Origin: Felis catus
Lineage: Eukaryota
NCBI RefSeq assembly: GCF_018350175.1
Contig: NC_058368.1
Coordinates: forward strand, 184,266,001 to 184,330,000
Direction: 5' to 3'
DNA length: 64,000 bases
Shown here: in pieces, positions 38,172 to 52,146 of the stretch
Layout of the letters: each line of letters opens with the position of its first letter
How positions within the stretch are numbered: position 1 is the first letter of the stretch
Position numbers and translations under genes: made by a program
Notes under the pieces: model-generated
The model's database searches: none
The model's input: the letters and a program-made list of their open reading frames with translations, nothing else
What the model was told of the DNA's origin: nothing

Positions 38172-39087
38172 ACAGACCTAGCCATTGTCCTTTTAGTGTT
38201 TACATGCTTGGAAACCATTTAAGCATTTTTTTTTTGAATTCTTATATTAAATTCTACCAGAGCAAAATAGCAAAGCACTTATTTTCAAAAGTTTATTAGC
38301 TGCCTAAATGAAAATGTAAAGTATACCCTCCAAAAATAGTCTGTGTTGTAGAAACAAATTTCTGTCAGTGTAACTTCATAGTCTGACACTAAATTTTGTG
38401 CACAGTGAGCAAGGCTACTGTGCAATTTATGGCATATGCATTACAGCAGATCTCAAGTAAATTATGAACTCTGTGTGTTACCGAGGCACTGTCAAACCCT
38501 GATTGATTTGGACAGTTTGTAGTTAATTAAGTTCATTCCAATTCTGTCTCTTCATCCAATTTCAAAGCATTCTATATTGAAAGCCTATTTTCAATTAGTA
38601 AGAAGGATGAAACAAAAAGAATTAATTACAAAAGTGACAATCCCCATTTAAGTCTTCATAGAGGAGCAATTATGTATCTTAAAAGTTAAGAAATTGAAGA
38701 CTTGTACTTGTCTAATACATTACGTCCTTGATGTGTATCTTATATATATTAAAACTTGACGTAGGCATGCCATTACAGTGAGGAAAAGAAAATGTGGTGA
38801 TTGAAGTTAGCTGTAGTTACTTACTCTAAGTTAAATAAGGGAATGCCATTTACTTAGTATTTAATTGTTAAGAACTAAACTTATCTTTTGAACACTATAA
38901 ATATGGCAGATATTTTAGAAAATTTTCTAATAAGACATATTTATTTGTGAATCTTACAAAGCTGAGAAGGATGGGTAGTTTTTCAAAGCCTACTAGGTGA
39001 TTCTTATATAATAAACCGCCACCCTACAACTGTATCCAATCCTGTCACTCATAAAGAGCCTCTAAACCTGACCAGCATAACTGATAT

Positions 39088-39330
39088 GAGGCAGGTTTGC
39101 ATAGCAGGTAAGTGTTGGGGAGCCAAATAGATCTACCGTAAATGCCTAGCTCTGCCACTTACTAGGAATAGTTTGGGCAGGAAATTTTTTTAACTTTTCT
39201 CTTTCTCGGGTAAGAGGTTTATAAAATGAGGATAATACTATAAAATCTACAGGGAAGAGTCAAGGATTAAGAAGAGAATTATGTAAAATATTTAACTCAG
39301 TACCTGGCAGAGTGAACAGTTATTTATCAT
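39088..39330 (+). mobile_element. MIR
   Basis: cctagctctgccacttactag ... ttgggcag ... taaaatgaggataata ... cagtacctggca. Confidence 0.72.
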
Positions 39331-39689
39331 CATTCTAATAATAGTGATATTTAAAAATCAAACACCTGGATCCACAAATTTCTTGCCTACATTATTATAA
39401 CAGGATATTACTGTGCAGAGGTTCCTGGAAGCGAGAAGGAAATTTGGGTTTGACTTCAAATACACTGACTTTGACATCCCAATGGGGCTTCAAGTTGGAA
39501 ACATCAAGAAGGCAGATAAGATGAGACAGGGTTATATGAAAATATTTGACATTTATTAATGTCAAGAGAAGATTTCAGCTTGGGAGTTTTTCAGAGGATT
39601 TTTCTCCTAAATTTAGTAGATGAAATCCCACATAGACAGAATAGAGACAGAAGGAAGCCCAGATGTGACCTAAAGAATTACCGTACAGG

Positions 39690-41090
39690 TGAAAGAAGTT
39701 GAAAGAAAATACAAAACAAAATTTAATATAAAGATACTATAAAGCAGAGGAAAACTTTGAGAAAAAAGGATCAAGAAATATAAAAAACCTAATAGATATC
39801 AAAATACTGTAAAAAAAAACCCTACTATATTGAAAGTGTGCTAATAGCATAGGAATATGAACAGTGAAATAAGTCAGAGCAGAGTCAAATAAATGTATGA
39901 AGAAGATGGTATTTCAAATCAGAGGGAAAATATGGCTAAGTCAATAAATGGTTTGTGAACTACTGAGTGATCTTTAGAAGACAAAAGAGTTCGATGTTTA
40001 TTTTATACCACACACATCTAAACATTCATGCTAAATGGATTAAAGTTCTAGATATAAAAAATGCACTAGTTGAATAGAGGAGAATGATACAAAACTCAGA
40101 AGCCATAAAAGAAATATTGGAAGTTGAATTTTAACAATCTACTAATTATCCATTAAAATTACCATAAATAAATTTAAAAAATAAGTAGATAGGGGACATA
40201 TTCTTGTCATATGCAAAAAAACAAAAGTTAATATTTATAAAATACAAAGAGATCCTGTAAATCAACTTCTTAAAAGTATGATTATCCAAAGGGAGTAAAT
40301 GAACAAAGTATATAAACAATAATTCCTCAGATAAAAATTATAAACAACCAGTGAACACATAAAAATACTAACCTCTTAAAAATATGATACAGGTTTTTCT
40401 GCCTACTCCATGAGATTAAAAAACTTTAAAAAATGATTAAAACACCTAGTGTTGGTGATAGAATAAGGAAATGTATACTCTATTATTCATTTGGTAGATG
40501 ATAAATTGGTACTACTGTTCTGTAGTCTGATATGGTATCATAATCAATATAATAAATCTGTATAGTCTACAGACCAGCAAATCCAGCAATAATAAAATCA
40601 TAACTACTAAATCTCACATAAAATTATAGCATAAATGATTAGGTATAGATAATTAAGCTATATTCACAAGAAAGCTCATTATAGCAGCAATGACCAAAAG
40701 ACAAAATAAAATTTGAAAACACAAAATGCCCATTAATAGAGGAATTGTAGATCCAAAATCAAAATACTTCAGAACGTTTTTAAATAGTGAAATAAATCTA
40801 CTAACTTGAAATACATAAATAACATATTTTTGGTCAATAAATAAGCTGGGTGAATTCATGTGCATAAATACATGCTGAAGCAAAAGATTGTTTATGTACT
40901 ATTATGACAATAGGTAACCCTGGAAAGTTGAGTTGGAGGAGAGAAGGGAAATTTTTAATAATTTTTCCTTAAAAAATTAGGCTAAGGTTTTACTGATTTG
41001 TGTGTGTGTGTGTGTGTGTGCATTTTTGTCTTTCTTAAGTTTTCCAAAATTACTATGAGTTGCATTTAGAATCAGAAAATAATATTTTAA
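39690..41090 (+). mobile_element. Decayed old L1M(E) ORF2 / 3' fragments
   Basis: atttcaaatcagagggaaaa ... tcaataaatggt; agtgttggtgatagaataaggaaatg; aaatgcccattaatagagga. All are L1 ORF2-like landmarks in the expected order. Confidence 0.6.
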
Positions 41091-42499
41091 AACATGTTTT
41101 TTTTAATTAAAGCAGAATTAGAACCATGTAAACAATACATGTCAGTACAAACATACTTTATAGACAGACTATCCAGATCCATGCCACAGTTAACCTACTG
41201 ACATGGTCTGCAGGTTCCTTCACCTGTTTGTGCCTCAACTCTAAAATGAGCATGAAAATACCTACTGAAGAGCCTTGTTTTAGGAAACTGCAGATAAGAA
41301 ACCAATAAGTTACTGAAGGTAAAGTATATGCTTAGTTCCTGGCAAATAATGAGACTTCAATAAGCACGCTAGTATGATTTTTATTGTTAATGGTATTGGT
41401 ATTGACCATGCAGAGGAAAAGGAAGGGGTTGGCTTCATTTGATGAAGTGAAATGTGGCAAATGACTCAATGTAAAGATTGTTTCTTTAGACCTACCACCC
41501 AGTTTCATGAAGAAGTAGGCTATATCAAGATTATTTTCCATTAGTACTCTTTAAATCACCATGCCATCCTTACCTCCTCCCTTCCCTATAGTGGGTCTGG
41601 TTGACTAGCCAGTCTCTAGTTTGTACTCTCCTCTTCCCCATCTTTATGCCTTTGTACCAATTCTTTCCACCAATGGGAGTAGCCTTACCACCTATTGAAA
41701 TTGGATCCATCTTCTAAAGAAGAGATCATTCTTACACTACCATTCCCCTCTCCTCAACCTTTCTGCACTTTGTTAGCAAATCCATTTGCTTAGTTCTCAC
41801 CTTTTGCCTTATGTCATTATTTGTGTCAATGTAAATCATCCCACAAGAAAAGCTTCTTCATGATGAGAATAAGAGACTATGGAGGTTAAGGGATGGTAGG
41901 ATGTGTTAAACTTGATGCCCACACAACCTTAACAAAACTTATACACAGAAACTGTTCAGTGATTATTAACTGATTTTAATACAACCTGACAATGGACAAG
42001 CTAGGGAGGATGCAAATATAACACTTAATTTTTCCCTAGGTAATGATGGTGCTATAAAGAAAATAAGAAAGTGAGGATTTCTGCTTAGATTGAACAGAGA
42101 GACACATTGCTTTTCCAACTCCCACTTTCAAGCCAAAGTAAAAAAGACAGCAACAGAAGCAGTAAAAGAAGTCCCATTTTTCAGTGAAACTAGGAAAAAA
42201 CAACCCTAAACCACAAAATACAAAGATTAAAATTTGAACAAAATCGAGGGAGAATATAGGGAAAAAATGAAATCATTTTTTTAAAGCATAAGTTACTATT
42301 TCATGTAGCACATCCCTGAAGGACAAAAGAAACAATCCCTTACTTGAAGAGATGAATTTTGAATGAGTCAATAAGCCAGGGGAATATGCCTGGACTTTGT
42401 TCCCCATGTCAATGCTTGGATGTGAGGTTAAAAACAGACACTCACAGAGGTTAAGTTGGTAGCAGGGAAAGGAAAACAAATAAGCATTGTGGATATTAG

Positions 42500-43330
42500 T
42501 TTCAGCTAGCTGCATAAGTGTAACTGCTAAATTGCAATACATGAAGCCTAGATGAAATTAATTATTTTAAAGGAAAATGTAGATTTCTGAATTTACCTCA
42601 GAAGGTAGAAAAAGACTATACATTTACCAAAGAAGTAATTGAAAATGTGGTCAAAGAGCTACCTCTCAAAGGTGATGAGTCTATGATGGTTCAACATGTA
42701 TCAAATCTTTAGGAACAAGTACCAGAATATTAAAAAAATATATATTTTTAGTAGTTTTAAAACCTCCTCCGCAAGTCTTTCTATAAAGTCATAACTCTGA
42801 TGCCAAACTATAATAAAAATGGACTCAAAAAAGAAAGGAAGAGAGGAATACAAGCAAAGTTCACTTAAAATATCAAGACCGAAACTCTGAGGGAAACTTC
42901 AGTAAAGTTAATCTAGTAGTATTTATAGAAAATTACAGACAGGATTCACCTTGGGTTGCTGAGATGGTTCAAGATTAAAAATGTTTATATTAAGATTTCA
43001 GAGGTGTATGGTTATCTCCACCAAAACTTCAAATGGTATTGTGTAAAATTTAACATTCATTGTGATCAAATTTACAGTAAAAGAGGAATCAATATGATAC
43101 ACAGTCACTATAAACAGACACACATTCTCTTTTGGAAATGTTAATGTTAAAGATGTAAGCCAAGAATGCCCAAAATTTACATTCAGGAATTGCTAGCAAT
43201 ATTAAATAGACTAGATATGAAATAGCACAAAGGAAAACAAAATATAATTATCTGCACAAAACTTCGTCACATATTCCAGAAATCACAAAAGATTCAGTGG
43301 TAGTTTTACAAATGTAGCATCATTTAGTAC
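42500..43330 (+). mobile_element. Decayed old L1M ORF2 (RT region) fragment
   Basis: ctataaagtcataactctgatgccaaac; gagatggttcaagatt; ttatctgcac...ccagaaat. Confidence 0.5.
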
Positions 43331-44994
43331 AAAATTGAGAGTGTTCTGTCTTAGCTCATGCAAATGGTCTTCTCCTCACCTTCTCGGGAGGAGGAAGACT
43401 CTATTAGTGCTGCCATTGTGTGTGCATGTGTGCGTACATGTACGTATATGTACATGTATATGTGTAATATAGAATTAGGAAATGTTTAAAGAGAGGCAAA
43501 TTGAAGAATGAAGATCAGCAACTTTGCATAGCAAAGAGTCTGGAACTATACGAAGATAAAGTCAAAAATACAGAAGGAAAAAGGACTTAAGGCAAAGGTG
43601 GATGTGTTAGAAAGTAAAGAATTCTAAACTTTGAGAATCAGAGAGAGATCGTGATCATGTGAAGAAGGGGAATCATCCAAAGAAGTTTGAAATCTTGACC
43701 CATAAGTAGAATCAGGTAGCAGCTGGGACAGCCAACCAAACCCATTATTCATGGGGAATAATTTCAGGAGAACACAAGTGTTAATCTCACATCTTCTGGT
43801 TAAATTTTGAACTCTAAACCTAAGAGCTGGATAAAAATCCTTTGGATTTTTCTTATTATATTGGTAGAAAATGAAGACCATACTATCTGCCACCCAACTT
43901 AGTGGAAAATACAAGAGATGTTTCTTCATCTCTTGAATAATCTTACACCTCTTACATAATTTTGTTGTGAGCATGAATTACATAGCACATTTAATATAAA
44001 AATTAGATTTGTATGTACTCAATAAATATTTTTATGAGATACAACTGTGATAATTTTCTTAGAAAAATATGTCACTGTTTAGTTTGTCATCTCCCATCTA
44101 TAAAATTCTTTAGCACTAGCTTACTTTATAAGCACATCATGCCAGAAAAGGCACTTTTCAATATTGAACACATCATATTAGGTAAGGCACTTTTTAATGT
44201 TGACAGTCCTCATGCCTGGATTTATTTTTTTTTAATCACAATTAGTTGTCACAAGAAAAGTTTTAAATCCCACTTAAAATTTTACACACAATAAAGTATA
44301 GATTATGTTTAGTTTCATGGTGAGCAATTATCCAAAGAAAGTCAAGATATAATACAGTTGTTGATTTCAGAAGAAACTATGTTTACAACTTCACAAAATT
44401 GAAGGGAAAATTATTTGGATGTGGAGATAGATTTCCCATCCTGAAAAAACAAACAGACAAAAAAACCTCATTCAGCCCCTGCTGTGTTTCCCTTCAAAGG
44501 GATGATCAGCTTTATGCATTTCTAATTTTTGCTCTATTGAACATACAGACATAACCTGCATAAACCCTTTTCATTTATTTTCAAAAGAGATATCCTGATT
44601 CCTTGCCAGACTGCTATTTATATTGCCCATAAGACATCCAGCCTGATGATACAGGATGAAAATGGCTTCCAGCCCTACCCATAAGTCCACTGAGCTATAA
44701 AGCAACTTTGTTAACTTCACTTATTGGATTTTAAATTGTCATGTATTGGCAGTTTGTCACTGGCATTGACTTCCTGCCCTAGAGCCAAGATTACTGCTAT
44801 AACTACTGGTTCATTCTTCATCACCAGGTTTATAGCTCACTACTCTGGCCACTGTGAGGAGGTAATGTTTGAGAACTCTGCATCACAGTGCCATTTTTAG
44901 TACCACACTGAAAATTGAGCTATGGAGAATCTCATTCTGGATCTTTAGCTAGCTATCTTTACAAATTCTCAATGATTGAATAATTCCATCTAAA

Positions 44995-45135
44995 AACTCA
45001 TTCAGTCAGCAAATGTTTATGAGGCCCAACCAGTGATGACTTAGAAATTTTGGTAGATAGAAAAGAATAAGACATGGTCTCTGCCCTTAAATGGCTCATA
45101 GCTTAACTGAAGAGACAAAACAAATGTATAGCTAG
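44995..45135 (-). mobile_element. L2 3' end
   Basis: ctcattcagtcagcaaatgtttatga ... aataagacatggtctctgccct. Confidence 0.7.
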
Positions 45136-45149
45136 CCATTAGAGAAAAG

Positions 45150-45908
45150 TGATCACCTATTTCAAATGTCTGGCATCTTTGTCCAGTTCTTGCTATCCCC
45201 ACTGTGACCGTGGTAGTGTCAGTCATCACTGACTTAGCTTTTCTCTATAGCAGGCACTTAACTGGTCTCCCCTCCTTCGACTCTGTCTTCTCCATGGCAA
45301 TGACAGTGACCTTTGTGATGCAGAAATATAATAAAATAGCTCCATTTAACACATCCCTCAATGCTTTCCCAATGCTTCTGAATGCTTTTAGGACAAATTT
45401 CAAATTTCTTAACATACTTACATGGCCCATCTAGATATGTACACTGTCCAGCCCATTACTCCAGATTTCTCTCACTCTTTTCTTCCTTGTGCTATATACT
45501 ATAAGCATATCAAACTCCTTCAGTCCCTAAAACTTCATGTCTTTAAGCCTCTAAGCTACAAAACATGCTAGTCCCATTGCCTAAATCTTTCTTTTACCAT
45601 TTTTCACCCTACCCCATATTTGAGCCTGCATAATTTTACTTAATCTTTATACATAAGCAGAAATGTTACTCCCCCTAGGAAACCTACACTGACCCATATA
45701 TTTGATTACTTTCCCTACTCTATCCCAGTATGTGTTCATTTCATGCTTTGTTTATACTTTATCACTGTATTCTAGTTATTTTACTATCATTTTGGCTGAA
45801 TATTAATGTTTCTAAAGACAGGGAATGTTTCTGTCAAATTTATTGTTGTACCCAGTATCCAGCTAGTACATAGCAGACTCTCAATAAATATCAGGAATGA
45901 ATGAATGA
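45150..45908 (+). mobile_element. L2 3' portion
   Basis: ttaactggtctccc ... ; ends tacatagcagactctcaataaatatcaggaatgaatgaatga. Confidence 0.75.
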
Positions 45909-46214
45909 GCTGCTTAATGTAAGTATAATGGAAATTCAGAAAAAAAAAAGATCAGTGTGACTAGAAAAATCATGAAGGATCTGTGAAAAAGCATTTGATA
46001 AATAAATAGGATTTTGACAACTAGAAGAGAAAAGCATTTTATACTAAGAAGAAGCAAATTTACAGCAAAGACTAACAATTATATTAAATAAGAAGCAGAG
46101 TTTCATAACACAGTGTGCATATTATTAGCAGTGGGAAATATAACTGGCTAGGTATATGGTGAAGGCAGATCATGAAAAATCTTTAGAACAGTCAGAGAAG
46201 CAAATAAATTTACT

Positions 46215-47415
46215 GTGATTTATTTATTTTTGGCCCACTTGGGACTTACTGTGGTTTTCAGAGTATGCTTGATACTGAACAAATCTGGGAAAATAAGCAG
46301 CCATTATCTCATCAAATATTGTCCCTTCCTCATTCTCTATTATTTTTGTATTCTTATTATGTGCTTTAGTACTTGTCACTCTCTGTTCCTCACTTTCATA
46401 TTTTTCACTGTATTGTCTGTCTTATATTGCACTGTTATTTCTTCAGATTGTCTGTTTACCAAACATATCTTCAACTTCATCTAATCTTGTGTTAAACCTA
46501 TCCATTACATTTTTCTTCAAATATTACTTTCTTTCAAGTCTTCATTTTCTTCAAATATGTCTGTGCTCATTTTAAAAACAGTGGTGTGGTTCTTTATCAT
46601 ACTTTAAATATTAACATGTTAAGAATGTTCATTTTACATCCTTATTGTATAATTTAATTATCTGAAGATCCTGAAGTCTGATCCCACGGTGCTCTTACTT
46701 ATGATGGCTTGTTGCCTTGCGTGTTTTGTAAGTTTGGACTCTTAAACTTAATCCATGGGAATTCTGTGCAGCCTGGGTTGACAGAGTGTCCTTCAAAAGG
46801 GAATTTGTTTTTGCTTCTGCCAAGCATCCTCATGTTCTACCAACCTGAGACTTATTTAAATTAATTACTCATAGACATTTTCAGGGCTATATAGAAGTAT
46901 AAATTTTAACTGCACACTAGCTTTAGGGCATATCTATGGTTACAGGTCTTTAGGGAGGCATTTTTTCACCATCCAGAGCTCAGGACAAAACAGCTAAGTT
47001 ATCTCTCTCCTTGAAATTTGGTAGGTTTTTTTTCTTGTCCTTTCCACCCTTTCATCAGGTTGTAGCCATTTGAGATTTCCATCCTTGTTACTTCCATCTC
47101 CTCATGGATTCCCTTGCCGCTCTCTCATAAGGCTTTCTCTTCTACCTCCAGATGTCCATTAAAAGACAAACCTTTTGATTATCAAGATTGGAAAACACCT
47201 CCAGGCAAATCACAACAGTAGTGCAGCTGTCTACTCCAGTGTTTTTGAGCTATCTCTTTATTTAGGGTCCAGGTCCCTGGGAAGTTTCCTTACATTCACA
47301 CAGGCTCAACATTTTAGTGACTATTGTGATATTTTATATAGTTGTTCTAGTTCATTTACATATTTTATAATGGGGGAATTTGTGAGCATTTACTCAACCA
47401 CACTGACAGAAACTC
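46215..47415 (-). mobile_element. Probable old L1M/HAL1 5'-region fragment
   Basis: T-rich strand; ggaattctgtgcagcctgggttga ... tttgcttctgccaagca resembles recalled HAL1/L1ME 5' sequence. Confidence 0.45.
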
Positions 47416-48607
47416 AAGTCAAGAGTAATCAGTAACTTAAATTAGAAAGCAATGTCGGTCTTAAATAGTAGCAGCCAAATAGGCTCTATTCATACTGGTT
47501 CACATGGTTTTATCCCTTTAAGTCCCTTTTCCTGGTAACCTCTCAGTCCAGACCCTAACCTAGAGCTAATCACATCTGGCAGCCAATGTTGTTGGTGACA
47601 GGTGACAGAAATGGACAATCTTAAAGAAGGATATATATATATTGAGAGCTATTGCTAGAACCAGTGGCAGACTGGCAGCCAGGCCTTGAAGATGAGGAAG
47701 AACAAAAAGAACAGTCATGGCCTCTTGTTCAAATTTCAAAAATTCTCCTTGGGGCAATTGCCCAAGCCTACATATTTTCTCCACTCCCTCGCTGCATCCA
47801 GTAGTGAGCCTTAATCCTCACCAAGATACTCCCCAAAGAGCTTCTCTAAAAGGGAGATGTGGTGCAGCAAAACAATAGAAAACAAAAAGAAATCTCACCA
47901 GAGCAGATGTGATGGGCCACTTGAAAGCCATGGTGACACCTAAAATTGGCTTAGATCTTTTGAAGTCATATGATCGTAAAGTTTTTACCACCACAATTGC
48001 CCTTAAATAGGTCACTTCCATCTTACAGTTCATTTTTGTTATTTTATATCTCCTGCCACTACAATTTACACAGATTTATCTTCATTACATTTTTACCACT
48101 CACAAGGAACATTTAGAAGCTGAGTTATCCTTGATCCTTTGTATTGTTCAATACCCCACTTCTTCCTATATTCTGTTTATATTCCCTTGGCACTCATTGC
48201 TTGATATTTTTGAACAAATACATATCCTTTATTTCTGTCTCTATACTCCTATCTATCCTGTTGATATTTAATTGTAAAATGTCTCCTTTTTTAGTAAAAA
48301 TATATTTCTCATCCAGTCTGTAAGAAAGAGTGGAAAGAGTTGTGTTTTATACAACAGCACTACAGGTAAGTATTGTTGTAATGTATATAAAGGTGAGCAA
48401 ACAATTTGATTTACAGGAAAAAAATTCCTAAGTTTATAGAACAAGTTAACAGCAGAGATGGGATTTAAAACCTTTATCTGACTATGAAGTTTTGCTGTTA
48501 GCAATTAGCTCATTCAAGTGTAGAATATCTAAGAATTGCTTCCAAGTATTTCTCACTGTTGAATAGATGACTGAATGCCTCCTTTACTGCTTTCTAAGCT
48601 ATAGTAT

Positions 48608-49075
48608 CTGTTCATTCCTGTGTTTGACAAATAATGATTTAGTGATTTGTGCCAGGTGCTTTTGTAAGCCCTTGGAATGCATCTGCAAGTTTAAGGGAGA
48701 AAAATATCTCTATGCTCATGTATCTTTGTAGCAGAAGATGGATAGTAAATAGTAAATATGATGAATTTTCCTTATATAGTATTTTAGTTGGAGGTTAAAT
48801 AGGATGGAAAAATTATTAAAAGGAGCATAGGGTAAGTGGGAAATGAGAATTCTGGGGAGCAGGAATTGAGAGAATTTGTTATATGTAGCAGTCATATATT
48901 AGATTGAATAACATGAAACTGTCTTTGACAGTTTATGAAAGTAACTATTTTGTAGAGTTCAGCCTCCTGTCCAGGTGGTCAAGGTGGACATAACTGAGAA
49001 AGTGAGATATCAGCAAAGACTTGAAGGAGCTAAAAGAATTAGCCAGACATATTTAGAGGAAGAATTATTTAGGCT
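48608..49075 (-). mobile_element. L2 fragment(s)
   Basis: gacaaataatgatttagtg..tgtgccaggtgct ... agcaaagacttgaaggag. Confidence 0.55.
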
Positions 49076-49538
49076 CCTTCTGTGTATTACATATTCCCAT
49101 TTTCTCATTTCAGTTTAAAGCCCTCCTGATCTGACTATTGGTTTCCTTTCATAACTATTCTTCTAGTCTGAGATATTCATTTTTACATGTCAGAACCGCC
49201 ATTGGAGAAGTGAAAGGCATCAGAAAAACAAATGTTTTCCATAATGCCATTAGGGTGATGAGCTTTTCACATATTCCTTGTTTTATCAGATATAAAATAC
49301 AATAAAAAGACCAGATGAAACTTCAAGTTTTGAGTGTTTCCCTCCCAATGTTTCAGAAGCAGTAGATATGCTTTCTTTATTTCCTTTGGGCTTACTGGTT
49401 ATTGCCAGAGGAAAAACAGTCGTATGATGTTTGGTATATTTGGTAAAGCTGGCAAGGTCTATTATGACTTGTTATCCTCTCTGAACAGCACCATCTGCAC
49501 AGTAAAGCATTATCTCAGGAGGCATCATTACTCATACC

Positions 49539-50117
49539 CTGCAGATCAAAAAAAGAACTGGGCCTTGACCAGCTCCTCGGAGAAAACTTCTGACTTTTTA
49601 GAATATCCCACCTGGAAGAGTTTTCTGGTATGCCTGAGTACTTGGGTCATGCCAGATATGCCAGCAATGTGCCTTATGGTAAACACCTGTTTTCCTATGC
49701 ACGAGGCTTTGGACCATGCTGTATAAATTTATCCTCTGGGGGTCGGAGACCAAATAGCTGAGGGCAGCCACATAGGTGATACATGTGTACATGGTCTACA
49801 TGGTTGACCTCCCGTAAAAGCCCTGGCCTGCAAGGTGCTAGCAAGCCTGCTGGTTGGCAAAACACCCTGAACATTTGGTCATACCTTGTTCTTGAGAGAA
49901 TTCAGCGCTAACTCTGCCATTCCTCTGGGAGAGGACAACAAAAACTTGTGGCTGTTTTCTCCTGGACTCCACTCTGTGTGTCTTTTCTCTTCCCTGAATT
50001 TAATCTGTATCTTTTCACTGTAATAAACCACAGCTGTGAGTATCACAGCTTCTGAGGTATGTGAGTCTTCCTAGGGACACATGGAGACTAAGAGTGGTCT
50101 TCGGGTCCCCTAACACA
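49539..50117 (+). mobile_element. Solo ERVL-type LTR (MER77/MER21/MER68 group)
   Basis: ctgggagaggacaac ... tttaatctgtatcttttcactgtaataaacc ... gtggtcttcgggtcccctaacaca; internal AATAAA and CA end. Confidence 0.78.
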
Positions 50118-50715
50118 CCATCCATCACACTTCATCTCTTCCTCCTGGGACACACTAACAACTTTCATTATACCTCCAGGATCTGAGACTTATTTAGCTT
50201 TGAACAGATCAGAGTAAGAAGTAGGCAATCTCATAACTGTATGTCAGAGCCCCAACCCCATCCAATATTCCTCCACATGTTAACATCTACACACGCATTT
50301 TCATCCTTTTTCACCTTTTCAGATTTCCCTACTCCCATCTCCACCCTGGCTTTATTCATGGATTGTTTCTCCTATTCCAATTAGTAACTTTTTAGTTTGG
50401 AATGTAATCTAAAATACAGAGATTTCAGAGTTTTTAGCAAGAACGCTAGGTGTCTTCTTATGTATCCTTTAAGTCAGAAAAACAAAGTGCTCAATTACAG
50501 TCAATCTCCTTAATCAGTTATCCATTCCACACACAGAAAAAAAGTGACCTATTTTTAAATATCCCATTTCTATTTTCTTTTCATAGTTAAAATTAATATT
50601 AAACAATATTATTTTCATAGTATTGTATCAACTACAAGAATGTGGAAAACATATCCATTGCATGGAAGGTTAGGCTACTCATCTAAAATAAATATACTAG
50701 AAATCCCACATTCTT

Positions 50716-50921
50716 TAAATTTTTTTTAACGTTTATTTATTTTTGAGAGAGCATGAGCAGGGGAAGGGCAGAGAGAGAGAGAAACACAGAATCTGAAGCA
50801 GGCTCCAGGCTCCAAGCTGTCAGCACAGAGCCTGCCTGACACAGGGCACAAACCCATGAACTGCGAGATCATGACCTGAGCAGAAGTTGGACACTTAACC
50901 GACTGAGACACCAGGCACCCC
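50716..50921 (-). mobile_element. Can-SINE
   Basis: TSD tagaaatcccacattctt at 50698-50715 vs tagaaatcccatattctt at 50922-50939. Confidence 0.95.
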
Positions 50922-52092
50922 TAGAAATCCCATATTCTTAAACAAATTATTTAAATATTTTTTTCTTCAAGAAAAAAGGTAGAGTTCTTAAAATTTTAAA
51001 TGCTGGTATCAATAAACTGACTTAACAGAACTATTTTCTACAACAAATGTTACTTCTTTGGAAAGAAAGAACAAATGGAATTGGGAAACATAAAAACCCA
51101 ATGTGACAACTAATTTGCATTTCATATTTTTAATTTTTGAGTTGCATTGTGGTTATACATCCCTCTTATAGTAACCTATTATTTTTTAGATGTGCCAGAC
51201 AAGACGAAAATGAAGTTAATTAAAATAATTATATAATTATGAAACATGTTTTTAAATTTCTTCAATGTGCCTTATTTCAAAAGATGTACTCCTCTTTAAG
51301 TGACATAAAAATCAGTGCTCAAAATAAGCAATGAATCAGCTATTCCATTAAAAGCATCTGGTAAATCACTACTTATGAAATTATGTTTAATACTACCTTA
51401 ACCTAATGAAATAAAATAATTCTGTTGAGTAGTAATCATTTTTCCATCTCTGCAAATTCACTGTTTGTATAAGTAATGAACTAATACCTTGTGCCTCTGT
51501 TGAGTAACCTCTGTGTACATTATTATTTGGTTGATCATCCTTTTGTGGCAGATTATTTTAAGTAGAACTGTTACTGTAAATGAATTTGCTTAAATGTATG
51601 GTTCTAAATTAGTGAACATAAAATTACAGCTCCACGATTTGTCATCATTTTGGTTGATATAGGATTGCATTTAAGTGTATAGTAATTGAGAAATGATTTG
51701 AACACTACATTTTCAGCCACTCTGATAAGTTATCATCTCTACCACTATATTTAGCTTCTTTCTGGGACTATAGCTTTTGGCAGTTTGGAAACTGAGCGCA
51801 AACCTCTAACTTCTAGGTAGCTCAATGTCATTTAAAGGGGGCAGAGCATAAATATCACCTCAGCTTATGAAAATATATACCTTACCTCATAGAATTCACT
51901 GAAGAGAATGGGATTTACATAAAATAGGCAAAGGAAACCTGCCATAACTAGATTCAAATGCTCCATTCTTATGATCTGACATCCATTAAGAATGTACCAT
52001 TGAACTTAACATGCCTCTACTCTTTGGCTAATCACACAATTGTTTCTTACTCTAGAAAATCCAGTTGTTGTTTTTGTTTGTTTGTTTGTTTT

Positions 52093-52098
52093 GTGTGT

Positions 52099-52143
<45 letters not shown>
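52093..52143. repeat. (TG)n microsatellite
   Basis: Seen directly; preceded by (TTTG)n. Confidence 0.97.

Positions 52144-52146
<3 letters not shown>

Noticed and set aside
38398..38423. Hairpin tgcacagt-g-agc-aag-gct-actgtgca as an IRE or miRNA
   Set aside because: CAGTG lies in the stem rather than the apical loop, and the hairpin is too short for a pre-miRNA.
39100..39115. Perfect donor CAG|gtaagt (also ~48363-48371)
   Set aside because: Both lie in MIR-like sequence, and no matching upstream coding exon was found.
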